Shown here in pieces: positions 11,940 to 23,236 of a stretch of DNA of 64,000 nt. This stretch comes from Octopus sinensis (taxonomy: Eukaryota). The translations under genes and the position numbers were made by a program. The stretch is from positions 75,206,001 to 75,270,000 of the forward strand of contig NC_043002.1 in the NCBI RefSeq assembly GCF_006345805.1, written 5' to 3'. The notes below the pieces were generated by a model that searched no databases, was not told the origin of the DNA, and was given only the letters and a program-made list of their open reading frames with translations. Every line of letters starts with the position of its first letter. Positions within the stretch are counted from its first letter, which is position 1.

Positions 11940-12578
11940 TATCTTATATTTGTTTCAGTCATTGGATTATGGACATGCTAGGGCATTGTCCTGGAGTGTT
12001 TAGTCAAAGAAATTAACCCCAGTACCCTTTTTTTCTTACTTTTTTTTTTTTTTTTGAAATCTGGTTCTTAGAATCTTTTACCAAACTGTTAAGTTACATA
12101 TGACAGTAACAAACCAACACCAATTGGCAAGTTATCAGGGGTAGTGGTGGTGGGACAAATACAAAGATAGATAGACAGACAGGCGTGCATGCACGCACGC
12201 ACACACACGCATATATATATACACACACACACAGAGTTTTCATTACCACGCATTAATCATCCTAAGGCTGTAGCAGAGCACACTTGCCCAAGGGACTGAA
12301 CCTATTTCTTTACTAACCACAAGGGGCTAAACACAGAGGGGACAAACGGATTAAGTCAATTATATTGACTCCAGTGTGTAACTGGTATTTAATTTATCGA
12401 CCCCAAAAGGATGAAAGGCAAAGTCGACCTCGGCGTAATTTGAACTCAGAACGTAATGGCAGACGAAATAGGGCTACACATTTCGCCTGGCGTGCTAACG
12501 TTTCTACCAGCTCGCCGCCTTACATGAAACCTTGTAATTTAAAGCAAGCGTCTTAACAATATCGCTGTGCCTGCACCT
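11940..12578 (-). mobile_element. CORE-like tRNA SINE split by a nested Deu/Nin-like SINE
   Basis: The decayed head lies at 12523-12578. The remainder starts at GTTCAGTCCCTTGGGCAAGTG (about 12300 and downward) and runs to the CAGTCATTGGATTATGGACATGC-type tail near 11950. Confidence 0.65.
12300..12522 (-). mobile_element. Deu/Nin-like tRNA SINE (family B, tail type b)
   Basis: Minus strand reads GGCGGCGAGCTGGTAGAAACGTTAGCACGCC...GTTCTGAGTTCAAATT...GCCTTTCATCCTTTTGGGGTCGATAAATT...AGTAAAGAAATAGG. Confidence 0.85.
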
Positions 12579-13104
12579 AACTAATAAACAATGAAAAGAA
12601 GATTTTCTTAGTATTTTATTTGTTATAAGATAACCATGTCTTTAATAAGCATTGTTAAGCATTGTTTCAAAGAGAACCAAGCCATTTTCCAAGATAATTA
12701 ACTTGCTGTTTAACTTCAGATTTTTCAGCCAGCATCAGTTTAAACACACATGTACACAAATACACAAGCACACACATTTTGATGATGATGTTACAAGTAA
12801 CGATAACAAGCTATTACTCAATAGATAGATTACAAACTAGCAATCAATGAAGTTTTAATAATTTAGTCATAATAGCTATTTTATATACACTTACTTTCCA
12901 GCTTGTTGTTATTTTATTTACTGTGTTTAAATAATTAAATCAAGTCAAATATAATTGTTAGTGCTGGTGATCACATCATTTGGGCTCATACTTACCAAGA
13001 AAGTTATTTCAGTTTATTTTTTTGTAGTAATATTTTTAAGCCAGAAGAAGTTCTACATGTTTTTATGTACTTTATATTTTTATTTATTTATTTATTTATT
13101 TTAG

Positions 13105-13203
13105 TTTTGATATTTTCCATAAATCATTTAACAAACTTCCTGAGATAAAGCTGAATGAAGAAAATTTAATCTTTCTGTATGAAAAATTAGATAAAAATAA
13201 TAG
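13105..13203 (+). CDS. candidate symmetric (phase 2-2) exon, xFDIFHKSFNKLPEIKLNEENLIFLYEKLDKNN(S/R), EF-hand-like
   Basis: T-rich acceptor ttattttAG, donor AG|GTATTG, 99 nt open frame. LIFLYEKLDKNN resembles an EF-hand entering helix plus loop start (inference). Confidence 0.3.
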
Positions 13204-14369
13204 GTATTGATTTTAGTTTAGTTAGATTCGTATGTAAGGAAGGGGGTGGGGTAATTAATAAAAAAAAGAAGCATGCTGCCAACCACCACCTTCCTATCAC
13301 ATTTGCTGTCAAAAGTGTGTGCCATAGATGTGTAGTTATCTTTGTAGGAAATATATATTGAGTAGGTTTTGGTTTTCTATTTTCGTTTTATTTCCATATA
13401 TTTATTCATTTCTTCTTAATCATGTGATATCTATGTCTTGCTTCCAAGAGCAACACACAAATATATTCATACTTCTCTTACTCTCTCTCTCTCTCTCTCT
13501 CTTTTTTCTTTTTTTCTTGTGGGGAAAGTGAATATTACATATCGACTTCTAGCTCACTTGAGTGAAAATACAATTTCCATATAACACAGATACAGGCTGC
13601 TTTAAGGCTCTTTGGTTTTCATTTCTGTCATATTAGCTACCCTTAACTACAGATGAGGAACCCTTAAAATTTCAACATGAGTATATACTGGTCTATAAGT
13701 AATATTGGAACATTGACTGACCAATCAATACATGCTATAAATACTGCTGCTTGTATATGCATGTAATTTGAAGAAGCTTATCTGCTTGAACTATTGGCCG
13801 ATTCTGTAAATCCCTGTTATCAGAAATCAATCTCAGCACAAGTAGGTAATATAATTTCACCTACATATTCTTGTTTGTCTTGAGATTCTACTTTTTGGTT
13901 TAAGTAAATGTACACTTACATGTGTGCAGGCATGCGTGTGCACACATACACTAGCACACACACACACACACATATTGAGACACGCACACAAACACATACA
14001 TACACATGTTCAGATGAACACCAGTTTATAATGAGACCCTTAGTTGTTAGGTCTTCTGTTGAAGTAGAATAATATGCGTTTAAGCTAAATAAATGCTTTT
14101 CTCTTCTTCGCATTGGAATTGCAATCACTTTTGAAGTCCGGATGTTCAAAAGAAAGTCTTCTCTACTGAAACTTGTACTTTTCACTAGACTGGAATTCTC
14201 CTGATAAATATAAAATGTTGTCCGACAATGTTTGCTTCAAGTTTTAAGTATTTTGATCCCTGAGGAAATAAAGGGCTGTAAGTCTGATAGCCGAGTGAAG
14301 TGTGTTTTGGTCAATGGTCAAGGAAATAAATTATTTCTTATGGTATAATATTGCTGTTCTGACTGGGAA

Positions 14370-14425
14370 AGGGTGGCAACATGGCGGAAATGTGTTGTAA
14401 TAGATTCCATTATAGGCTTGTAAGT
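14370..14425 (+). promoter_or_regulatory. candidate 5' end: YY1-like AACATGGCG / X-box half site, with a possible first coding exon MAEMCCNRFHYRL (14381-14419)
   Basis: GGGTGGCAACATGGCGGAAATG followed by an open frame to the donor CTT|GTAAGT. CpGs are retained across 14060-14490. Confidence 0.35.
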
Positions 14426-14839
14426 TTAGTAGACACAAGGCAGTAAACACCGATTCCTGGCACTGTATAGAACCAAATTCTTTAATGGACGTCATTTGAT
14501 TGCTATCCATTTGTCTTTCATATATATCTCAGTGTATGTGTATGTATGTGTTTTGGTTTGCTTGTATGCCTGTTTGTCTGTTCATTTGATGTGGCCAAGA
14601 AGTAATTGAAATCAAATCGTGGAAGAACTTGTTAAATTCAATTACAATTTGTTGCTAAATAAATAAATAAATAAAAATGTAAGAAATCAATGAAAAAACC
14701 CACACATTTGCAAATTTCTGCTCTAAATCCTTAAGTTGATCTTACTATATATTACACACTGGTTTAAGGAAATTGGAATCAACAACCGACATTATACAAT
14801 TTTCTTATTTTTCATGTTCGTTGCCTGTTTGTCCTCGTG

Positions 14840-15060
14840 TCTTGTATGAATTGACAGAATCATCAGCACATAGGATAAAATGTCTTGCAGTATTTGCCCC
14901 AGTTCTCTGTTCTCTCAGTTCAAATCCAGCTGAGGTCAACTTTTTCTCTTATTTTTTTCTGGGTCAGTAAAATAAAACATCAATCCAGGGTCTTGAATTG
15001 GGTGGATTGTTACAACATTATACCAGGTGCCTTGTGGTATTTCCATCTCATTGTGCTCTA
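14840..15060 (+). mobile_element. degenerate Deu/Nin-like tRNA SINE
   Basis: GACAGAATCATCAGCAC...AGTTCAAATCCAGCTGAGGTCAACT matches the family B head. Confidence 0.6.
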
Positions 15061-15089
15061 AGTTCTTAAGTGGTACACTGAAATTGTTA

Positions 15090-15310
15090 TCTTTTATCTC
15101 GTTTCAGTCAGTTGGACTGTAGTCATGCTGGAGCTCCTCACCGAAGGGTTCAGTTGAACAAGTCAAACCTAGAACTTAGCTTTTAAGTCTGGCACTTATT
15201 CTATTGCCTTTTTTGGGCTGAATCACTAAATTGCAGGAATGTAAACAAACTAACACCTGTTGTCAAGCAGTTGGAAGGGAGGGGACAAGCACAAAGATAC
15301 ACACATATGC
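15090..15310 (-). mobile_element. 3' half of a CORE-like SINE (tail type ending GACTGAAACGAGATAAAAG)
   Basis: Reverse complement of the tail seen at 19600-19725 and 53690-53830. Confidence 0.65.
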
Positions 15311-15479
15311 ATGGTGAAAAAGGATCTACAAATGTTGGGACTTGCAGAGGGGATGACAGGGGACTGAAGCTGCTGGCGATTTGTTGTGCTTGAAAAAGAT
15401 ACATCAAGCTAAGTAAAAGTGTGGTTGCCCTTGCATACAGGCTCATTCCTTGCAATCCTCTCCAGCTGAATATCCCTAA

Positions 15480-15690
15480 TCTTGCAGGCTTGTAAGTGCT
15501 GGTGCCACATAAAAAGCACCTGTGCCAGTGCTGCATAAAAGCACCTAATACACTCTGTAAAGTGGTTGGCATTAGGAAGGGCAGCCAACCACAGAAACCA
15601 TGCCAAAAGAGACATGGAGACTGAGCAGCTTCTGTCAAACTGTCCAACCCATTCCAGCATGGAAAAAGGACGTTAAATGATGATGATAAT
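15480..15690 (+). mobile_element. RTE-type 3' UTR/tail copy
   Basis: GGTTGGCATTAGGAAGGGCA...CCATTCCAGCATGGAAAAAGGACGTTAAA(TGA)n. Confidence 0.8.
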
Positions 15691-15704
15691 ATGTATACAT
15701 ACAT

Positions 15705-16236
15705 GTTAGTTAGTTAGTTAGTTAGTTAATTTGGCTCAAAAGCAAATAGCAAGGCCATGTAGGGGGACATGGAGTTAAGTACAGGGTGGTGTTCATGTAA
15801 AGAGTTCAGGCCACTTGAGGTCAAGGGAGGCTTTGAACAAAGCGGTCGTCGGCATCTTCACCATCTCGTCTGGCAGCTTGTTCCACGGATCCGCAACCCG
15901 GACGGAGAAAGCTCCTCTCCTTCGATTGAGATGAAATCATCGCAGATAGAGCTTTTCGGAATGACCCCGCAGCCGACGCTCTGGAGCAGGAGTGAAGAAC
16001 AGCTCTTTCGAGAGGTTACACTTTCCGCTTATGATGTTGTGGGCGAGAATGAGATCACCACAGCGGCGGCGTTTTTCAAGAGAATAAAGGTCGAGCGTCC
16101 TCAGCCTTTCTTCGTAGGACAAATTTTTGAGACCATGAACCATGCGGGTAGCCAGCTTCTGGACTCTTTCGAGATGCTGTATGTCTTTGAGGAGATAAGG
16201 AGAAGAGGCTTGAATCCCATACTCCAATATGGGTCT
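15705..16236 (-). mobile_element. CR1-clade LINE, 5'-truncated: ORF2 C-terminus, 3' UTR and (TAAC)n tail
   Basis: Translation RPILEYGIQASSPYLLKDIQHLERVQKLATRMVHGLKNLSYEERLRTLDLYSLEKRRR.GDLI...FSVRVADPWNKLP is the classic CR1 post-RT region. It has one internal stop and a 7-bp flanking repeat CATACAT. Confidence 0.92.
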
Positions 16237-16502
16237 CATACATATATTATTTTATTTATATATTAATTAGGGAATAAAAATTCCGGCGTCACAGGGATTC
16301 AAATAAATTGAATTATTCTCGATAAGGAAATATATGTCATTTAGAGAAAGAAGTCCCCATGCAATTCATCAAATTCTAATATAGGATTTGTAGAAGAGAA
16401 TTTTGGAACTGAAATAGTAAGTATTAAAATAAAATTCTATGATATGGTGTGATGTATATTAGGATTTGATGAATTGTATGGGAACTTCTATCTCTAAATG
16501 AC

Positions 16503-16567
<65 letters not shown>

Positions 16568-16574
16568 GAATGAC

Positions 16575-16720
16575 AGGCTTCCACTTAAGTTTTCATCTAC
16601 CAAATTCATTCACAAGGGATTACTTGGCCAGGGTTATAGAAGAAGAAACTTGCCCAAGGTGCTACACAAAAGGACTGAAACTGAAACCATGTGGTTGTAA
16701 AGTGAGTTTTTTTAGAAATG
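16575..16720 (-). mobile_element. CORE-like tRNA SINE 5' part
   Basis: Plus-strand ACTTGCCCAAGGTGCTACAC...GGACTGAAAC is the reverse complement of the head and CORE segment. Confidence 0.7.
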
Positions 16721-18244
16721 CAGCCATGACTTGAGCATTGAGACAAAATTTCTGTTAGTCTTTGACCAAACCAATGATTGAGATATTTTCCAGCTGCTTA
16801 GCATTTTAATAACTTGTATAATTTCCATGGCCTTGTTACAGGCATTGCTGTCAGAAGACTAAGAACTGAAATAGCTAATCCATTCAACTGTGTAACAGTA
16901 ATGATAAGCCCAAAACCCTAACTTGGTGGTTTTTTAAAAAATCTACCCTGAAAGAATGAAAGGTGAAGTTTACTATGGCAAAATTTAAACTGAGAATACC
17001 ACAAGACATTCTATCCAATGCTACTATGTATTCTTCAAATAACTCATATGGCTGTCTTCTTCTCTGTAATTTTCAGTGAATATGAGGGAAAGCAAGAACG
17101 ACATAATTAATTTTATAAGCTACTGTCGTCAGTAGCTTATCCTTGAAATACATATATACCAAGTTTGAATTCAGCCCTTTTAAATATGAGCAGCTGGTTT
17201 TGGGATTGTTGATGTTCTGTAGGAGGAACTTGAGTGGTCAACTTTTATAGGCTAGTGATGTTCAGGGGTTCAGTATTTAAAGGGTTAATAATACATTTTA
17301 GAATATCATATTCCAATTTTTTTCTGCAGGTTCTTGGTAATGTTCATCTCAAGTTCCCCTAATCTGCCAAATGAGCTGAGTTCTAATAAATGCTATATTT
17401 TTCTAGCTATTTACTCTGTTCAGTGTTCTTTTAATCAAAATGGTACTCTGCTTGTCTTAGTGCTCCTTATTATTATTACATAAACTACCATAAAACTCTA
17501 TATACAATATGCATATTTTTTTCTCAACAAAGCCAAGATTAAGATTATGGGCTTGTATAAAACATGGTATTATATTGCAAAAGTTTCACCCAACTCCCTA
17601 ATAAAATGTATACCCCAAACTTTGTGTGCAGGTTGCAAAATACTTGTGCACTTTTATGGCAAGTACCTTTCTTGGAATTATCTCCTTTCCTTTGAAACTG
17701 CCTGATTTTTAAATTTTTTATTTTATGGAACATTAAAACTGTTTTCCAAGAACATCCTTAAATTTCTTCTCTGAGTTAATTGTAATTTGTTATAATACTT
17801 CTATTTCTTAGCAACAATGGTAAATCTTCTCAAGACTTACATGATTTTCTGTTGTCAATCTAATAGCTGTCACCACCCACCATTATGGTTCAGCCTTCTT
17901 TCCTGTATCTATGGCATATCCTTATATTTCCACGTGAAAACGTTTATTTTACTTATTTTCATTGACCCACTTCATCCTCTAGTATTTAGAAACAATCTAA
18001 TTTGACACTGCAACGTTTCTGCTGTTTTACACTGGAAGATAGATATCAGCTTTTTGTCTTTTTTTTTTTCTATTTATCTCCTGCATTTGTCCCTAATGCT
18101 TCACTTCACTATATGCAGCAAAACCTACTCTAGTCAGAGCGTATCTCTCTGTGACATTAAGAAATTTCCCTTTCAAGTTTAAACATGACAGCAATAATTT
18201 AACTTAATATTTCTTTCTTTCCTACCTTTTCCCTCAACTACACA

Positions 18245-18685
18245 GTATTTGTTTTATATACTTGCAACACATATATATATTCATACATACATACACACAC
18301 GTGTGTGTGTGCATATATATATACATATGTATATGTGCATATATATACATATATATATATACATATACATGCATATATACACACATATACATGCATATAT
18401 ATATGTATATACATATATATATATATGTCCAACCCATGCTAGCATGGAAAGCGGACGTTAAATGATGATGATATATATATATATACACACACACATACAT
18501 ATACATGCATATGTATATATGTATATACATTTATATATATATACATATCTACACATGCATACATATACATACACATGTATTTATATATACACGTATATAT
18601 AGACATACATATACACACACATATATATACACACACACACACATACTTACATATACATACATACATGCGCATATACGCCCACTCT
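18245..18685. repeat. compound (TA)/(CA)/(TG) microsatellite field with an embedded ~45-bp RTE tail at 18428-18472
   Basis: Directly visible. Confidence 0.9.
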
Positions 18686-18928
18686 AGTTTAGTGAATAAT
18701 TGTGACACTATACACATTTTACGATTTTGTTATTACTGTGGTTTTAAAACAATATAATGTTTCTTTATTCTTTGATGTCTAATCCGGTGTGAAATTAAAA
18801 ATCTGGAAAAGTGGATTTCTTTATATTTAAAGTGCTTTTAGGATTCTATATCTATTTGGCAAATATTTGTTTTTTTTTCTCTTTTTATCTCATATCTGTC
18901 TTTAGGCTTATCTTGTTAAGGTAATTAA

Positions 18929-18970
<42 letters not shown>

Positions 18971-19293
18971 GTCTCTCTCTCTCACTCTCACTCGAATTAA
19001 AGAATTATGATGAAGACTTGTTTAAAATATTTCAAAATTCAAATAAAAATGAATTGATATGTTTATTGTCACTTATATTTTTGTGTGCATATACATTACT
19101 GCAAACATATCTGCATCGTTAAGACTATTGCTTTGTAACTACATAGTTCCGTGACACCTTAGGCAAGTGACTTCCATTATAGCTCCAGGCTGACCAAATT
19201 CATTGAGTGGAAAACAACTGCATGAGAGCCCATTGTATATGTGTGTCTATATATATATGTATTTGTTCATGCATGTTTATATGCTTGTGTGTG

Positions 19294-19347
<54 letters not shown>

Positions 19348-19360
19348 TAATATAGGAACA

Positions 19361-19725
19361 GGTATGGCTGTGTGGTAAAAAGCTTGCTTCCCACCCACAT
19401 GATTCTTGGTTCAGTCCCACTATGTGGCACCTTGGACACCTATCTTCTGCTATAGCCTCAGGTAGGCCAAAGCTTTGTGAGTGGATTTCATAGATGGAAA
19501 TTGAAAGATGATCATTGTATGTGTGTGTGTGTATCTTTGTGTCTGTGTTTGTCCCCTATCACTACTTGAGAACTGGTACTGGTGTGTCTATGTTCCTTAG
19601 TAGTTCAGCAAAGAGACTGATAGAATAAGTACCAAGCTTAAAAGAAAATATAAGTATGGGTGTTGATTCAAAAAATTCTCCCTAGGATGACTGCAGCCTG
19701 AGGATTGAAATAAGTAAAAGATAAA
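19361..19725 (+). mobile_element. full-length CORE-like tRNA SINE (AGTAAAAGATAAAAG tail)
   Basis: Head, CORE, internal (TG)n, body AAGAGACTGATAGAATAAGTACCAAGCTT and tail, collinear with 53440-53830. Confidence 0.8.
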
Positions 19726-20184
19726 AGGTGTGTGTGTGTATGTGTGTGTGTATATATATATATTATTGATATCTATGCATGCAAGTATTAACCTGAGAAA
19801 ACCTGTGACATTATGTTTACATTCTTTGTTGACATAAGTTAATGCACTTTCAATAACCTACGGAATTAAAGCAATCCCTTTCTTTGAAGAAAAATACAAG
19901 TAAGAGTTGGCAACAGGCAGGGTATCTGGTTATAAAATGCTACCCCAAATAAGACCCATTATGATTCATGCTAGCATTGAGCAATTGTAATAAAACAAAT
20001 GAATATCAGGTGTTAGAGTATACTATGTAGTACTACCTCTAAGTGAAAGAGATCGTTTGAAGTTTATAGGGTGAAGCTTCATTGAGGAATTGGACAGTCC
20101 AGAGGCTCAGTAAAATCAGTGGATCAGTGGTTTTCAAGTTGTACACAGATATCCCCTGTCTTGTCTCTGTCTGTCAGTTTCTCC

Positions 20185-20258
<74 letters not shown>

Positions 20259-20829
20259 TTGTATAGAAGCAGATAATTTACTCTGTCATTGCTCAGTTTC
20301 TTGTAATGTGCAATTGTTTGTACAACAAAATGATGGCACATGGTATATTACATATAGTGAGAAACTCTGAATAGTGAAAGTGAATCCAAATAAGTAAATA
20401 AACTCTATTACATATAGGAGCATCTTAAGAGAATTATAGACCCCCAGGCAAACCAATACACTGGGGTACCTACATGCACAACCACTGCATACAGAAATTA
20501 GTATTGGACCTCTAGATCCAGAATTGCCTTGGGCAACTGCTCACTGTGTCCATGCTCTAAGATGGCACTCACCACATGTGTACCTCCATGTGCATGAGTG
20601 TGCATATGTGCTCGCACACAGATTTTGTTAGCCCATTAATAAAGTTGGGGTTATGAGAGGTGGCTTTTACATGAAGGCTTTGGTGCAGATTGGTTTGCTG
20701 GACAGCAAAATCATTGCCTAATATATGCAACAGAGTAGATTATATTGTCATGGCCACATACCCATCACTAAAGGGGTGCAATGGATTGCACTAACCCCAC
20801 TCTCAATTCAGTGGTACACTTATTTCGAA

Positions 20830-21090
20830 ACTCTACTCTAGCATTGTTACAAATTAATGCCCACCCAGAATATTCTGAAGCACCCCCAGGCACCAGCATC
20901 TGGCAATGGGCCTGCATGGACAGGTAATGTATGTCAATGATGAATGCAGTGTAGAAAAATACACATCATGAATCTGGGTGAAAGTAGACCTGGGAAGAGA
21001 CAGGAACAGATGATTAGGTTTCATTTGAGAGTGTTTGACACAGAGAAATACCATATTACAGCACCAGCTGGTCCTTTTTGGCATGGAAAA
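20830..21090 (+). mobile_element. highly degenerate RTE LINE ORF C-terminal fragment
   Basis: Frameshifted translation (HGQVMYVNDECSVEK / MNLGESRPGKRQEQMIRFHLRVF) resembles the RTE W-G-H-V-x-R-M...GRP..TW region. Confidence 0.45.
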
Positions 21091-23194
21091 ATGGGCGGAA
21101 AAATAATGACGAGATTGAGAATCGAAAGATATTGTTTTACAAAGATTAATGGCCAGATTAGAACTCGTAACTTCTATGTAACTTCTATCACCATAAGCAT
21201 TAAACAATATGATTTTATTTTTATAAGACTCAATTAAAATTAAGTTGCATAATGCTTATTAAAATTATAAATCTATTTGGAATTTTATTGTCACCAGTGG
21301 ATAATATTTCTTGTGTGAATAGATTTAAAGTTTTAAAATCTCCAAATACTTCATTGCTATGTTATTTTGTTTTTATTTTGTCTATTGCTGATTCTTATAG
21401 AAAGGTCAATAAGTTTATTTCATTGGTGTCAATACTATTCTATTTATTAAAATTTAATTGATTAGTTTAACAGTCCCTAGGTAAATAAAGAGAAATTACA
21501 GTTTTTTTTGTAATTTTTAAATACAATTTTTGAAACTTTTCTGTTTTTCCCCCTCCCATTGAAAGCTATTTTTCCATGCAAACAAATATGTTTTGTATCT
21601 GAAGAAGCCAGTGATTTCATTGAAAAGTAACACATGGAAAGATTTATTTGATTCTTCAAATAGCTAACATGTTTTTTTAATCACTTTTAGAGATTCACTT
21701 CTATTTAGCTGAAATGATTATACTTGCTGACATTCAAATAAAGTACTGAAATCTTAGAAGATTTTTATCAGTAAATTCACTGTTACTAACAATTGCTGCA
21801 CGAGATTTTCTCTGAAACTCTGCATAAAGGCAGCAGGTCATTCTTAGAATGATTTAAGTGGTAAAATAAGATTTGATTGCAATGAAAAACTGGAACATTT
21901 TCTGTCTTTTGTTCTCTCATTCTCTTACTTTTCTTCACCTCTCTCTTTCTCCTCCCTCACACACACACACACACACACCATTAGTCTTTTTGTTCTTATT
22001 TGATTTTGTCTTCATTTCAAATGTATCTTGTTTTGTTGTTGTTTTTAATCTTCACACCTCTTTAAAATACTGAAATACTGATCTACTTTTGTGTATTAAC
22101 AACTCTAATTGATGGATTAGTAATTGAGAGAATAGTCATATGGTTAATTAGTCACCTTTTTGTCTATCATTAAGAGGAGATCATTGCTTGTCTACTGAAG
22201 GTTAATAATATTCACTGCTTGTCGAACGGTTCACTTTAAAGTTGAACTGTATCATCGCCTTTCTTATTTTATCAAGTGGTCATCTTTTAATGACTTACTT
22301 CTACTTTCCTAGTCGAAGGCAATCCAAATGTGTCACTTTAATACGCTGGCATTCAGTGAAGGCATCTTCGATAAGATTAAATTATTGCAATAGGGGAAGC
22401 TTAGAGGCACATTTAATTGCTTGGAAAATGTTGACCTAATCATTGCATTAGATTTGGTTTTGGTCTGTTTAATTCCAGTTTATGTTGTTGTTAGCGAGAA
22501 GGTAATTGAAGTATTGTATATTATTCTAGCACTTGTTAAGTAGGCTACTGTCATAGTTGATATACATTTAATTCATTATGTGGAGAACTCTCATTCAAAA
22601 TCTGGTCACCATTGTTAACTGACCAATCTCAGAAAATTTCTCCTTATATGGCTGAATATTTATGATCAGATTTGCAATATTGAATATCTGAGATTAATAA
22701 ATCTCTACTATATAGAACAGTTTGGCTTTTGTCATTACCAGAACCAAAATAAACTCATACTATTGCATCTATAAATGCTGAATACTAAATTTCAATCAGA
22801 TGCAAGTTAATAGATCTTTCAGTGTACATCTCTTCATAAACTCATTAATAAATTCACTTGATAATCTCCAGTTTGATTATGAATTTGCCTTAAAGTCTTA
22901 TTTGATCTAAATTCAGAGATGCAATGATTTAGGAAAGATGCATCTAAATATATTGTTTAGATTTTTGCACTATTATCCTAAGGTTCAAGTTTTACCAGTG
23001 CCATCATATTTTATCCTACTTACTTTCATTTAAATACCTGAAAAAATTGTTATGATTAGCTGTAAATAAATGAATTTAGTTGTAAATTAAAGGTTTGAAA
23101 AATAAATGGAATAAATATATTGAAAATGTAATAAAGAAAAAGAAAAAGACAACACTGAGGAACAGGTTTTAACATGTAAAAGAAAGAAAGCAAA

Positions 23195-23236
23195 GAGACT
23201 TAACATTTCAGGTATCAGTCCTTCATCAGAAAAAGG
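23195..23236 (-). ncRNA. minimal Penelope-type hammerhead ribozyme-like motif
   Basis: Minus strand: CUGAUGA-AGG(ACUGAUA)CCU-GAAA-UGUU-A. Exact core, 3-bp stem II, near-palindromic stem III; stem I is poor. Confidence 0.5.

Noticed and set aside
15769-16266. 165-aa plus-strand ORF
   Set aside because: Antisense shadow of the CR1 ORF2 fragment.
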